Source: an uncultured Acidobacteriota bacterium
Lineage (GTDB): Bacteria; Acidobacteriota; Thermoanaerobaculia; Gp7-AA8
Assembly: GCA_963741955.1 (NCBI GenBank)
Contig: CAVUKB010000007.1
Location: 192,001 to 256,000, forward strand
Length of the DNA: 64,000 nucleotides
Reading direction: 5' to 3'
Below are positions 1 through 11,200 of the stretch, in pieces. Both the position numbers and the translations under genes were made by a program. The stretch's first letter is position 1. The number at the start of each line of letters is the position of its first letter. The notes under the pieces are model-generated. The model was not told where the DNA came from. It saw nothing but the letters and a program-made list of their open reading frames with translations, and made no database searches.

Positions 1-175
1 CGCTCACGAGAACGAGCACCGGTGCGCGAAGAGTCACGGGAACGAAGAGGATCGATCGCGGCAGGACCGGGCATCTATCTCGGACGCCGGCGCGGCGGAA
101 GGTTCAGTTACACTCTCCGGGGACGATCCCGCTTGCGCAGGCTGAAAAACCGGCCGGTTCGCGTCTGTCGTGCGG

Positions 176-2005
176 TCAGGTCGAAGGAGCGTCGCCGCGC
201 TGGCTGTCCTCGAGGTCCGGATTCATCCCCGCCTGCGCGCGGACGACGTCGCTGGTGGTGAGGAGCCCGAGGAATTTCTGGTTTTCCGGATCGACCACGG
301 CGAGAAGATGAACTCCGAGCTGGTTCAGACGCACGATCGCGCGCATTACCGGAGTCTCCGGATAGACGTGGTCTCTCTTCGAGACGAATTCGACCACCGG
401 AGCGGTTCCTTTTCCGTCGGAAGCCGCCTTCCGGAGATGGTAGCGGTTCGCGAATCCGCGGAACTGCCCCGCGTCGTCGACCACCGGATACAGCGCGTAC
501 TCCTGGCTGGCGATCTTCTCCAGCGCCTCCGCGACGCTCACGTTGGCCGGTATTCTCACCGCTTTGGTGGTCATCACCGCACCGACCGGCATCTTCGCCA
601 GAGGATTCACGTCGTGCGCGTGCGGGATGAAGATCCCGTCCTGCTGCAGCAGTGCTTCGTAGATCGGCACCGGGCGCCATCTCGTCGCGAGTGCGTACGC
701 GGTCATGTTCGCGATCATCAACGGCAGAATCAGCGAGTATCCGTTCGTCATCTCGAAGATGATCAGCACCGACGTGATCGGCGCGCGGATGATGCCGGCG
801 AAGACCGCACCCATTCCCACCAGCGCGAACGCACCCACCTGTTCCGACGATGTCGCGAGGAGCTCCTGGTTCAGCACTCCGACCGCGCCGCCGAGCATCC
901 CTCCGATGAAGAGCGACGGCGCGAAGATTCCACCCGACCCTCCGGTGCCGTATGACGCGACGGTCGCCACCAGCTTGAAGACGCAGAGCACCAGCATCGC
1001 CCGCACTGCGAGCCCGCCGCTCAGCGCGTCCGCGAGGGTCTGATACCCGCCGCCGGTGACCCCGTCCGCGTGCACCCACCAGAGAGCGATGACGGCGAGC
1101 ACGCCGGTGACCAGACCGCCCACGGCCGGCTGTGCCCATCGAGGGATCGCCTCGAGTACGTTGAAGCGACCGCGAAGCTTGAGGAGACCGTCGGTGAAGA
1201 GGATCGACGCGACGGCGGCCAGCACGCCGAGGAGCGCATACAGAAGAAGCGAAGAGTTGTGCTCGAGCGTGTACTCGTGACTGATCGGAATCGCGGGATG
1301 GGCGCCGAGCACCGTCCGTTCGATCGCCGCGGCGAGTGCCGCCGCGATGACCACTCCCGCGAGCACCGCCTGATCGAGATCGCCGATCACTTCTTCGATC
1401 ACGAACGTCACCGCAGCGATAGGCGCGTTGAAGGCGGCGGCGATTCCCGCCGCTGCGCCGACCGGGAGCATCCGGCGGACTGCCTGTCGCGACAGCGCGC
1501 CGAGCCGGCCGGTCAGCGTCGCGATTCCTGCGCAGATCTGAACCGTCGGACCCTCGCGCCCGAGGGAGGCGCCGGAACCGATCTGGATCAGACTGATCAG
1601 AAACTTCCCCGCCATCGTGCGGACGGTGATTCGTCCGCCGCTCTTCGCGTAAGCCGCCTTCACTTCCGGAACGCCGCTGCCACGCGCGTCGGGTACGAAC
1701 AGGAGAAGAACTCCGCTGATGATGCCGCCGAGAGCCGGAGCCGCGACCGCGACGAGCCACCAGTACCGGCCCGCGGCGGGTACCAGCCGCTGGAAGACGA
1801 ATGCCTCGGTCTCACGCAGCGCGATGTGGAACGCGACGGCGACCAGCCCCGACGCAATCCCCACCACGATGGTCAGCAGGAAGAGACGTCGCCGCTCCGA
1901 CGGCGCAAGGCGGAGGAACCACTTGAGTAAGCCGGCGTTGACCCGGCGAAGCCGTTGGCGGACCGCCGAAACGAGTTCGCCGGCTTTCCCGCGCTCAGCA
2001 GCCAT
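176..2005 (-). CDS. clcA: ClC-family Cl-/H+ antiporter with C-terminal CBS pair
   Basis: 609 aa, many TM segments. ClC signatures GSGVPEV, GREGP and GIFAP; FVIEE (proton-glutamate region). C-terminal CBS-like VGAVMTT...YPVVDD. Confidence 0.9.
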   Translation of the reverse strand: MAAERGKAGELVSAVRQRLRRVNAGLLKWFLRLAPSERRRLFLLTIVVGIASGLVAVAFHIALRETEAFVFQRLVPAAGRYWWLVAVAAPALGGIISGVLLLFVPDARGSGVPEVKAAYAKSGGRITVRTMAGKFLISLIQIGSGASLGREGPTVQICAGIATLTGRLGALSRQAVRRMLPVGAAAGIAAAFNAPIAAVTFVIEEVIGDLDQAVLAGVVIAAALAAAIERTVLGAHPAIPISHEYTLEHNSSLLLYALLGVLAAVASILFTDGLLKLRGRFNVLEAIPRWAQPAVGGLVTGVLAVIALWWVHADGVTGGGYQTLADALSGGLAVRAMLVLCVFKLVATVASYGTGGSGGIFAPSLFIGGMLGGAVGVLNQELLATSSEQVGAFALVGMGAVFAGIIRAPITSVLIIFEMTNGYSLILPLMIANMTAYALATRWRPVPIYEALLQQDGIFIPHAHDVNPLAKMPVGAVMTTKAVRIPANVSVAEALEKIASQEYALYPVVDDAGQFRGFANRYHLRKAASDGKGTAPVVEFVSKRDHVYPETPVMRAIVRLNQLGVHLLAVVDPENQKFLGLLTTSDVVRAQAGMNPDLEDSQRGDAPST

Positions 2006-2243
2006 GGCCTCGAGGTCTCCACTCGGCGGATCGGAACGCGTGCCGCCGGTTCCCCATCAACCGATAGGGATCCCCTGATCGTTCGATGGGTTCACGCATG
2101 GGGTCTCTGTTTCGTAGAATGCAAACGCGGAAAGGGGACGAAGATCGCAGGTCGCGTTCGTCCCGGGGGGGCATCCCCGGACGTTCAATCACGAATCCGC
2201 CCCGGCACTCTCTCATCCATCGCTCACCAATCCGGAGGATCTC

Positions 2244-5200
2244 GTGAAGATCGACCGCCAGGCGCGTCGGCGCCTTTTCGTTTCGACTGCTCTCCTGTTT
2301 CTCGTCTCCGTTCCACTGGTGATGGCGGACGGATTTCCTCCCTACTGGGACAACAGCACGGGTGCGGTGCACTACGCGCCGATAGCGTGGCCCGCCGATG
2401 CGCAATGGGTCCCCTACACCAGCCTCGCGACCGACATCGACGACCCTCGGGTCAACGATCCGTCGAACGGAGGAACGAGCCCGCAGAACTACGTCAATGC
2501 GAGCTCCGGCTGCACCGACGAGACGCTTCCGAGCATCTACTGGTTCTACGACCCGGTGAACAAGGTGATCTTCTTCCGCTGGCGCGTCGAGCAGCGCGCG
2601 AACACATACGCCACCGGTCCCAGCGCAGGTTCGTTCTCCGCGAGCGATCCCTGGAACTCCGCGCAATGGACGGTCATGTTCGACGTCAATGGCGACGGCT
2701 ACCGCGACTTCGCGGTTCATCTCGACGGATCGAGCGGCGGACCGGGGAAGGAAGTCGACCGTCTGGTCAGCGTCTGGAGCGACGAACTGACGCAATCCAT
2801 CGACTACTACGGCGATCCCGACATCCATCAACTCTTCCACAATCCGACAGCGTTCGTCGACAAGGCGACGAGCGAGATCCTCAACTTCCAGAACAGCGTC
2901 ACTCCCGTTGCGAGCTGGCCGAACGGATCGGCAGAGACGGTATGGGACTACGGTACCACGAGGGCGACGAAAATCCCGGCCGGATGCACCGAGTTTTTCA
3001 TCGACTACCAGATCCCTCTCGCCATGCTCGATGCCACCGCCGTCGGAGGCCCGAAACTCACCGAGAACACGCCCTTCTCCTTCATCTTCGCCACCGCCAA
3101 CAGTCTTCAGAATCCGTTCCAGAAGGACGTGGTCGTCAACGGCAACTTCGTCTGCGACATCACCAACCCTGCTCCATTCGGTGACTCCATGACGCTCACC
3201 GGCGGGATCGTGCAGCAGCCGACGGTCCTGTCGGTCACCGCATCCGGTTGTCCTGCGAACCTCACCGCGCGAGTGCAGGACGCGATCCTCTCGAACAACT
3301 GCGTCGGGAGCTCCACCGTCACCAACGTCGATTTCTTCGCCTATCCCGACACGAACGCGGACGGCCAGCCCGACGACGCCGGCAGCTGGTCGCTGATCGC
3401 TTCGGGCACGCCTTCCACGACGGTGGTCGGGCTCTGGAGCGCCACCTGGAATTCGCTCACTGCCGAACAGGGGCAGTATCTGATCGGTGTGCGTGCCACC
3501 GACAACCAGGGCAACTCGACCTTCAGCTACTACACGCAAGCGGAAGTGAACGCAGACGTCGGTACGACGCCTCCGAATTATCCAAACCTGACCCCGACGC
3601 CAGGCCTCCTCTGGGCGACGATCTACAACAGCTGTGGTGTTCCTCCGCCGAGTGCGAGCAAGGCGGCGTCCCCGTCGACGGTCACCGCGGGATCGACGGT
3701 GACTTTCACCGTCACCGTGACGAATCCGACGTCGAGCGCCATCACGCTCTCGTCGATCGACGACGCCCTCCCGTCCGGATTCACCTATGCCGCGACCACC
3801 GGCGGGAGTCTGACGCCCACCGGCAGTCCGGCCGGAGGTTCGAGCGGGACGATTCAATGGACGTTCTCGCCGTCGGCGACGATCGCGGCCGGTTCGAGCG
3901 GAACGCTCACATTCACCGCGCAGGCGCCCGCGACCACCGGGACGTACGCGAACACCGCGACCGCGTCGACGAGCGCAGGATCGCTTCCGACCCCTCCCGC
4001 CACCGTCGTCGTCGGCGCCCCGCGGCTGAGCATCGCGAAGAGCGCTTCGGCGAATCTCGTCGCACCGGGAGCCACCGTCACCTACACGCTCACCTACTCG
4101 AACGACTCGCCGGTGAACGCGACCGGCGCAGAGATCACCGACACCCTTCCCGCCGAGCTCACATTCGTCTCGTCTCCGACCGGAAGTTACGACGCTCCTT
4201 CGCGCACCATCACCTGGAACGTCGGCGACCTCGGTGCAGGTGAAGGTCCGTTCACCGTCCAGTTCACGGCGACCGTCGCGAGTCCCTATCCCGCCGCGTC
4301 GAGCATCCAGCTCGCGAACACGGCGACCATCGACTCGAACGAGACGGCACCATCCAGTGCCATCTCGACCATCCTCGTCGATGCGCCGCGTCCCGCGTTC
4401 ACCATCCAGAAGTCGGCGTCGGCTCCCCTCGTGAGTCCGGGCTCGAACGCCACGTTCACCATCAATTACCAGAACACCGGAAACTCGACCGCCACGAACG
4501 TAGCGATCACGGACGCCGTCCCCGCGGGATTCACATTCGTCTCCGCGACGGGAGGCGGCACGCTCGCGGGGTCGACCGTGACGTGGAACCTCGGCTCGAT
4601 CGCGGCCGGGGCGAGCGGCTCCGTCACCGTCACCGTGGCCGCATCGAGTCCCTTCACCGGAACCGATCCGACGGTGAACACGGCCACGCTCACCTCCGCC
4701 GAGACCTCTCCGGTCAGCGACAGCTACACCATCGGAATCATCGCCACGACGTGCTCGAGCAACACGACGTGGAACTTCCACGCCACGACCACCGACGTCG
4801 GAACCGGCGGGACGCAGAAGATCGCGAACACGACCGCGCCGACCGCCGCCACGGCGAGCATTGCCGGTCCGTTCACGGTCGGTTCCGCCTCTGTCGAGAT
4901 CGCCCGATTCTACGGCGACCCCGTCTCCACCGGCGTTTCCGTGAGCGGAACCGCGACCGTGAGCGTCTACATCGACAAGTCCGGATCACCGCAGGCGAAC
5001 GTCACCGCTTTCCTTTACGATTACGACCCGGCAGGAGGCGCGCTCGTTCTGCTCGGGAGCGGAACCTCGGCGGCGATCACCGGTAACCGGACCAACCAGC
5101 TGAACACCATCAGTGTGCCGGTATCCGGAGCCCTTCCGACCGGCCATCGGTTCCTGTTCATCATCTCCGCAACGACCAATCACGTGTCGCAGACGAACGA

Positions 5201-8200
5201 CATCAGCCTCGAGTTCGACGGCACGTCGAGCCCCAGCTCGTTCGTCTTCTGCCAGCTTCCCCTCCTTCCGGTCCTCGACAAGCAGGTCTCGGCGCTCTCC
5301 GCCCAGGCGGGCGACACGCTCACCTACTCGATCCATTTCGGCAATGCGGGCGCGGGGAATCTCACCGGCGCGACGGTCGTCGACACGCTTCCGGCCGGAG
5401 TGACGTTCGTCTCTGCGACTCTGAACGGATCGGGGGTCTCGCCGACCGCGATCTCCGGGCAGCAGTACACATTCGCCGTCAATACTTCGGATACGGCCAC
5501 CGCGGGGCAACTCACCTCCGCGCAGAACGGATCGCTGGTGATCACCGCGACCGTAGACTCGCCGCTCGCCCCGGCCGTCCTGTCGCTCGTCAACAACGTC
5601 TCGCTGACTTCCACCGGCCCGACGCGAACCGACTCGACCACCACCGCCGTCGTGCGTCCGAACGTCACGATCTCGAAATCGGCCAGCGCCACGCAACTCG
5701 AGCCTGGTTCCACCATGAGTTACACGCTCACGCTGCTCAACAGCGGATCGGGTTCGGCGAGCAACGTCACCGTGACCGACGCACTCCCCACCACGGCCTA
5801 CTTCACGTACGTTTCCGCGACGCCCTCGTCGGGCAGCTGCTCCGAGGCCGCGGGCACCGTGACCTGTACCATTCCGGCGCTCGCCGCGAAGGCGACGGCG
5901 ACCGTGACCATCAATATGCAGGTTGCCGCCAGCGGCGTGCCCGATGGAGTCACCTACCTCGACAACTCCGCGACGGTCAGTGACGCGGCGACGGCCGGCA
6001 CGCGCGGCAGTAACACCGTCACGGTTGCGATCGCGACGTATCCGGTTCTCGAGATCACCAAGAGCGCGAGCGTGCCTTCGCCTCTCGGCCCGGGCGACCA
6101 GATCACCTACACGATCGACCTCTCGAACACGGGATCCGGCGCCGCGACCTCCGTCGTCGTGGACGACTCGATTCCCACCAACACCTCCTACGTTCCGGGA
6201 TCGCTGACCTTCGACTCCGCTTCGCAGACCGACATCGCCGACGGCGACAGCGCCTGGTTCGACGGGACGGCCGTGCATTTCTCGGTCGCGTCCCTGGCGG
6301 GTGGAGCCGCACACGCGCTGACGTTCAAAGTCACTGTCGACTCACCGCTTCCGAACGGCTCGACCGTCATCGGAAACACCGCCACCGTCTCCGCTGCGAA
6401 CGCGGCGCCGAAGAGCGCGTCCACCTCCTCCACCGCGACCGCGGCGGAGAGTCTCTCGCTCTCGAAGAGCGCGCCGTCCGTCCTCGCGGATCCTCTGGCG
6501 ACAGTCACGTCCGTCACCTCGCCGACGGTTCTCGACGTCGACAGCACGACCAACCTCGGCGTGAACCAGGTCATCGCGATCAACGGAACGGCCGCGACGA
6601 TCACCGCCATCAGCGGGACTCAGCTCACGCTCGGGTCGGCCGTCACCGCTGCAGCCGGAGACACTCTCGTTCCGACGTTCGAGTACACCATTCAGTATGC
6701 GAACAGCGGCGACGCCACCGCGCAGAACGTCACGGTCACGGATCCTCTACCGTCCGGACTCCTCTACGTGTCGTCGTCGCCGGCGCCTTCAGCGGCTCCG
6801 GCCATCGGCGCGAACGGAACCGTGTCGTGGAACATCGGTGACGTTCCGCCGGGTTCCGCGGCGGTCCTCCACATCCGGGTCCAGCCGAGTGCGACCGGTT
6901 CGTATACGAACACCGCCACCCTCTCCAGCACGACGACTCCGTCGGTGATCGCGACCGCGACCACCACCGTCGGCTCGCTCGAGCCCTCGAAGGAGGCGCT
7001 CATCGCGAGCGTCACGAACAGCGGATCGGGTGCGACGACGCAATACCGGATCACGATCACCAACCAGCTTCCGACCACGGTTTCCGGAGTCACGGTCACC
7101 GACACGCTCTCTTCGGGGTTCACCTACGCTTCGACCGATGCAACCGGAGGGACGGCCAGCCGGACCTCGACGTCCGATCCGACCGCCGGCTCGGTGCAGC
7201 CGGTCTGGGGAACGTGGGACATCCCGGGCAACGGCACCCTCACGATCGATTTCACCGCGAACGTCGACGCGAGCGTCGGCGCGGGAACGTACCAGAACGA
7301 CGTCTCCGCCACGGCACCCGGTGCGCCCTCTCTCTCGTTCGACTTCCTCGGTACGACCGCGGACGACGTCACGGTGTCGCTCAATGCGCTCACCGCCGAC
7401 CTGTCGCTGACGAAGACGGTGGACAACGCCTCGCCGAACGTCGCCGACAACGTGACGTTCACCATCACTTTGACGAACGGTGGACCGGACGACGCGACGA
7501 ATGTGGCAGTGAAGGATCAACTGCCGGCGGGCCTGACGTTCGTGTCGTCGACGCCGTCGACCGGGTCGTACAGCAACGCAACCGGAATCTGGACCGTCGG
7601 AACCGTCGCGAACGGAGCGGCTCCGACGCTGCAGGTGGTGGCGGCCGTGACCACGGCGGGAGCGAAGATGAACACCGCCGAGGTGTCGGCTTCGGATCAG
7701 GCGGACCCTGATTCGACGCCGAACAACGGCAGCGCTGCGGAAGATGATCAGTCATCGGTGACCGTGACTCCGCAGATTGCGGATCTGTCGCTGACCAAGA
7801 CCGTGGACAACGCCGCGCCGAACGTGGGGAACGACGTGACGTTCACCATCACGGTGACGAACGGCGGCCCGGATGCGGCGACGAACGTCGCGGTGAAGGA
7901 TCTGCTGCCGGCGGGGCTGACGTTTGCGTCGGCAACGCCGTCGATGGGGTCGTACAGCAACGCAACCGGAATCTGGACGGTCGGAACGATCGCGAATGGC
8001 GCGGCTCCGACGCTGCAGGTGGTGGCGGCCGTGACCACGGCGGGAGCGAAGATGAACACCGCCGAGGTGTCGGCTTCGGATCAGGCGGACCCTGATTCGA
8101 CGCCGAACAACGGCAGCGCTGCGGAAGATGATCAGTCATCGGTGACCGTGACTCCGCAGATTGCGGATCTGTCGCTGACCAAGACCGTGGACAACGCCGC

Positions 8201-11200
8201 GCCGAACGTGGGGAACGACGTGACGTTCACCATCACGGTGACGAACGGCGGCCCGGATGCGGCGACGAACGTCGCGGTGAAGGATCTGTTGCCGGCGGGG
8301 CTGACGTTTGTGTCGGCAACGCCGTCGATGGGATCGTACGATTCGGGCAGCGGCATCTGGACTGTGGGGACGGTCGCCAACGCGACGAGCGCCACACTGC
8401 AAATGGTGGCGACAGTGACCACGGCGGGAGCGAAGATGAACACCGCCGAGGTGTCGGCTTCGGATCAGGCGGACCCTGATTCGACGCCGAACAACGGCAG
8501 CGCTGCGGAAGATGATCAGTCATCGGTGACCGTGACTCCGCAGATTGCGGATCTGTCGCTGACCAAGACGGTGGACAACGCGGCACCGAACGTCGGGAAC
8601 GACGTGACGTTCACCATCACGGTGACGAACGGCGGGGCAGACACGGCGACGAACGTGTCGGTGAAGGATCTGCTGCCGGCGGGACTGACGTTTGTCTCGT
8701 CGACGCCGTCGACGGGAACCTACAACGACGCGACCGGCATCTGGACGATCGGAACGATCGCGAATGCGACGAGCGCGTCGCTGCAGATCGTGGCGACGGT
8801 GGTCTCGCCTTCGGCGATCAGCAACACGGCGGAAGTCTGGACGTCGGATCAGTTCGACGGCGACTCGACCCCTGGGAACTCCGTCGCCGGCGAAGACGAT
8901 CAGCAGAGCGTGTCGTTGAACCCGAACTCGGCGGACCTGTCGGTCACGAACGTGGTCGACAACACGGCACCGAACGTGGGACAGAACGTCACGTTCACGG
9001 TGACACTGACGAACGGCGGACCGGACGACGCGACCAATGTCGCATTGAAGGGCCTGTTGCCGGCGGGGCTGACGTTTGTGTCGGCAACGCCGTCGCTCGG
9101 GACGTACGATTCAGGGACGGGCATCTGGACAGTCGGCACGGTGACGAACGGCGCGGCTCCAACGCTGCAGATTGTCGCGACGGTGACCACGAGCGGGACG
9201 AAGACGACGACGGCGGAAGTGGTGGCCGCGGACCAGGCGGACCCCGACTCGACTCCGAACAACGGAGTTGCGGCGGAAGACGATCAGGCGTCGGTGTCGG
9301 TGACCCCGCAGGTGGCGGATCTGTCGCTGACGAAGACGGTGGACAACGCGGCGCCGAACGTCGGGAACGACGTGACGTTCACCATCACGGTGACGAACGG
9401 CGGACCGGACGACGCGACGAACGTCGCGGTGAAGGATCTGCTGCCGGCGGGACTGACGTTCGTGTCGGCGACGCCATCGACCGGGTCGTACAACAGCGCG
9501 ACCGGCATCTGGACGGTCGGAACCGTCGCGAATGGCGCGGCTCCGACGCTGCAGATCGTGGCGACGATCGGCTCGGCGGGAGCGATCAGCAACACGGCGG
9601 AAGTCTGGACGTCGGATCAGTTCGACGGCGACTCCACGCCAGGCAACTCGCAGGTGGGCGAGGACGACCAGGCGACGGTGTCGCTCAATGCGCTCACCGC
9701 CGACCTGTCGCTGACGAAGACGGTCGACGACGCCTCGCCGAATTTCGGTCAGGACGTCGTCTTCACCGTCACTCTCGCCAATGCCGGCCCGGACGCCGCG
9801 ACGAACGTCGCGGTGAAGGATCTGCTGCCGGCGGGCCTGACGTTCGTCTCATCGACCCCGTCAGTCGGCTCGTACGACAATGTCACGGGAATCTGGACCG
9901 TCGCATCGCTCGCATCGGGAGGGAGCGCGACGCTCGCGATCCGCGCCACCGTCTCGGTCGGCGGGGCGATCACGAACACAGCGGAAGTCGTCGCGTCCGA
10001 TCAGCTCGATCCCGATTCGACGCCGAACAACGGGAACGCCGCCGAGGACGATCAGGCCAGCATTGCAGTCGCATCGGCGACAGCGGACCTCGAGCTCGTG
10101 AAGAGTATCGACAACGCTTCGCCCGCCATCGGCACGAACGTGACGTTCACCCTCACGCTCATGAATCATGGACCTGACGGTGCGACCGGTGTAGCGGCGA
10201 AGGATCTTCTCGCCGCCGGCCTCTCGTTCGTCAGCTCGTCCGCCTCGCAGGGAAGCTACGATTCCATGACCGGTATCTGGACGATCGGTGCGGTCGGAAA
10301 CGGCGGTACCGCGACGCTGCAGATCGTCGCGCAGGTGACGGCGGGAGGCTCGCAGTCGAACTCCGCAGAGGTCTACACCTCCGATCAGTTCGATCCGAAC
10401 TCGACCCCGAACAACGGCAACGGAAGCGAGAATGACGAGTCGGCGGTCACGTTCGGCGGGACGTCGGTGTTCGATCTCGCGGTGACGAAGAGCGCGTCTT
10501 CGGCAACCGTGGCGGCGGGAGCGACGGTGACGTTCACCATCACCGTCTCGAACGGCGGTCCATCCGCCGCGGGCGGCGTCACGGTTCAGGACGTTCTCCC
10601 GGCAGGTCTCTCCTTCGTTTCCGCGACGCCGTCGGCAGGATCGTGGGGCAGCGGAACGTGGAGCGTGGGAACGTTGAATGCCAGCCAGAGCGAGACCCTC
10701 TCTCTCGTCGCGCAGGTCGATGCGGGTCAGGAGGGGAACACGATCCAGAACTGCGCGACATCGACTCTCGCCGACTCGAATGCCGCGAACAACACCGCCT
10801 GTGCGTCGATCGCAGTTCCGGCGGTCGTGCCGCCCGGAACTGTGGACCTCGCGGTGACGAAGAGCGTCGACACGTCGACTGCTCCGGAGGGGTCAGTTGT
10901 CCACTTCACCGTCACGGTCACGAACACCAGTACGACCGATGCGACGAACGTCGCCATCGACGACGTCCTTCCGGCCGGACTCACGGTGGGCGGTTCGTCC
11001 GCGTCGGCCGGTGCGTGGAATCCCGCAACGGGCGTCTGGACCATCCCGGCGCTTCCCGCGGGGACGAACGCGGCGCTGCAGGTGATCGCTCAGGTGGAGA
11101 CGGGAACGGCGGGAACCTCGATTCAGAACTGCGCATCGCTCGCCGCAAGCACGCCCGCGGACGGCAACGCCGCGAACGACACGAGTTGCGTCTCCGTTGC

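Noticed and set aside
1-110. Possible 5' end of a minus-strand gene running off the left edge
   Set aside because: Too short to choose a frame or product.
176-2005. Fluoride-specific ClC-F or fluoride riboswitch
   Set aside because: The selectivity motifs are the chloride type (GSGVP, GREGP), and no riboswitch motif was recognised upstream.
1995-4781. 928-aa antisense ORF and other long Arg-rich overlapping ORFs throughout the window
   Set aside because: Shadow ORFs expected from high-GC codon bias opposite or overlapping genuine genes; no domain motifs.
7395-10466. Diversity-generating retroelement TR/VR pair among the repeats
   Set aside because: Differences are not adenine-specific, and no reverse transcriptase is present.
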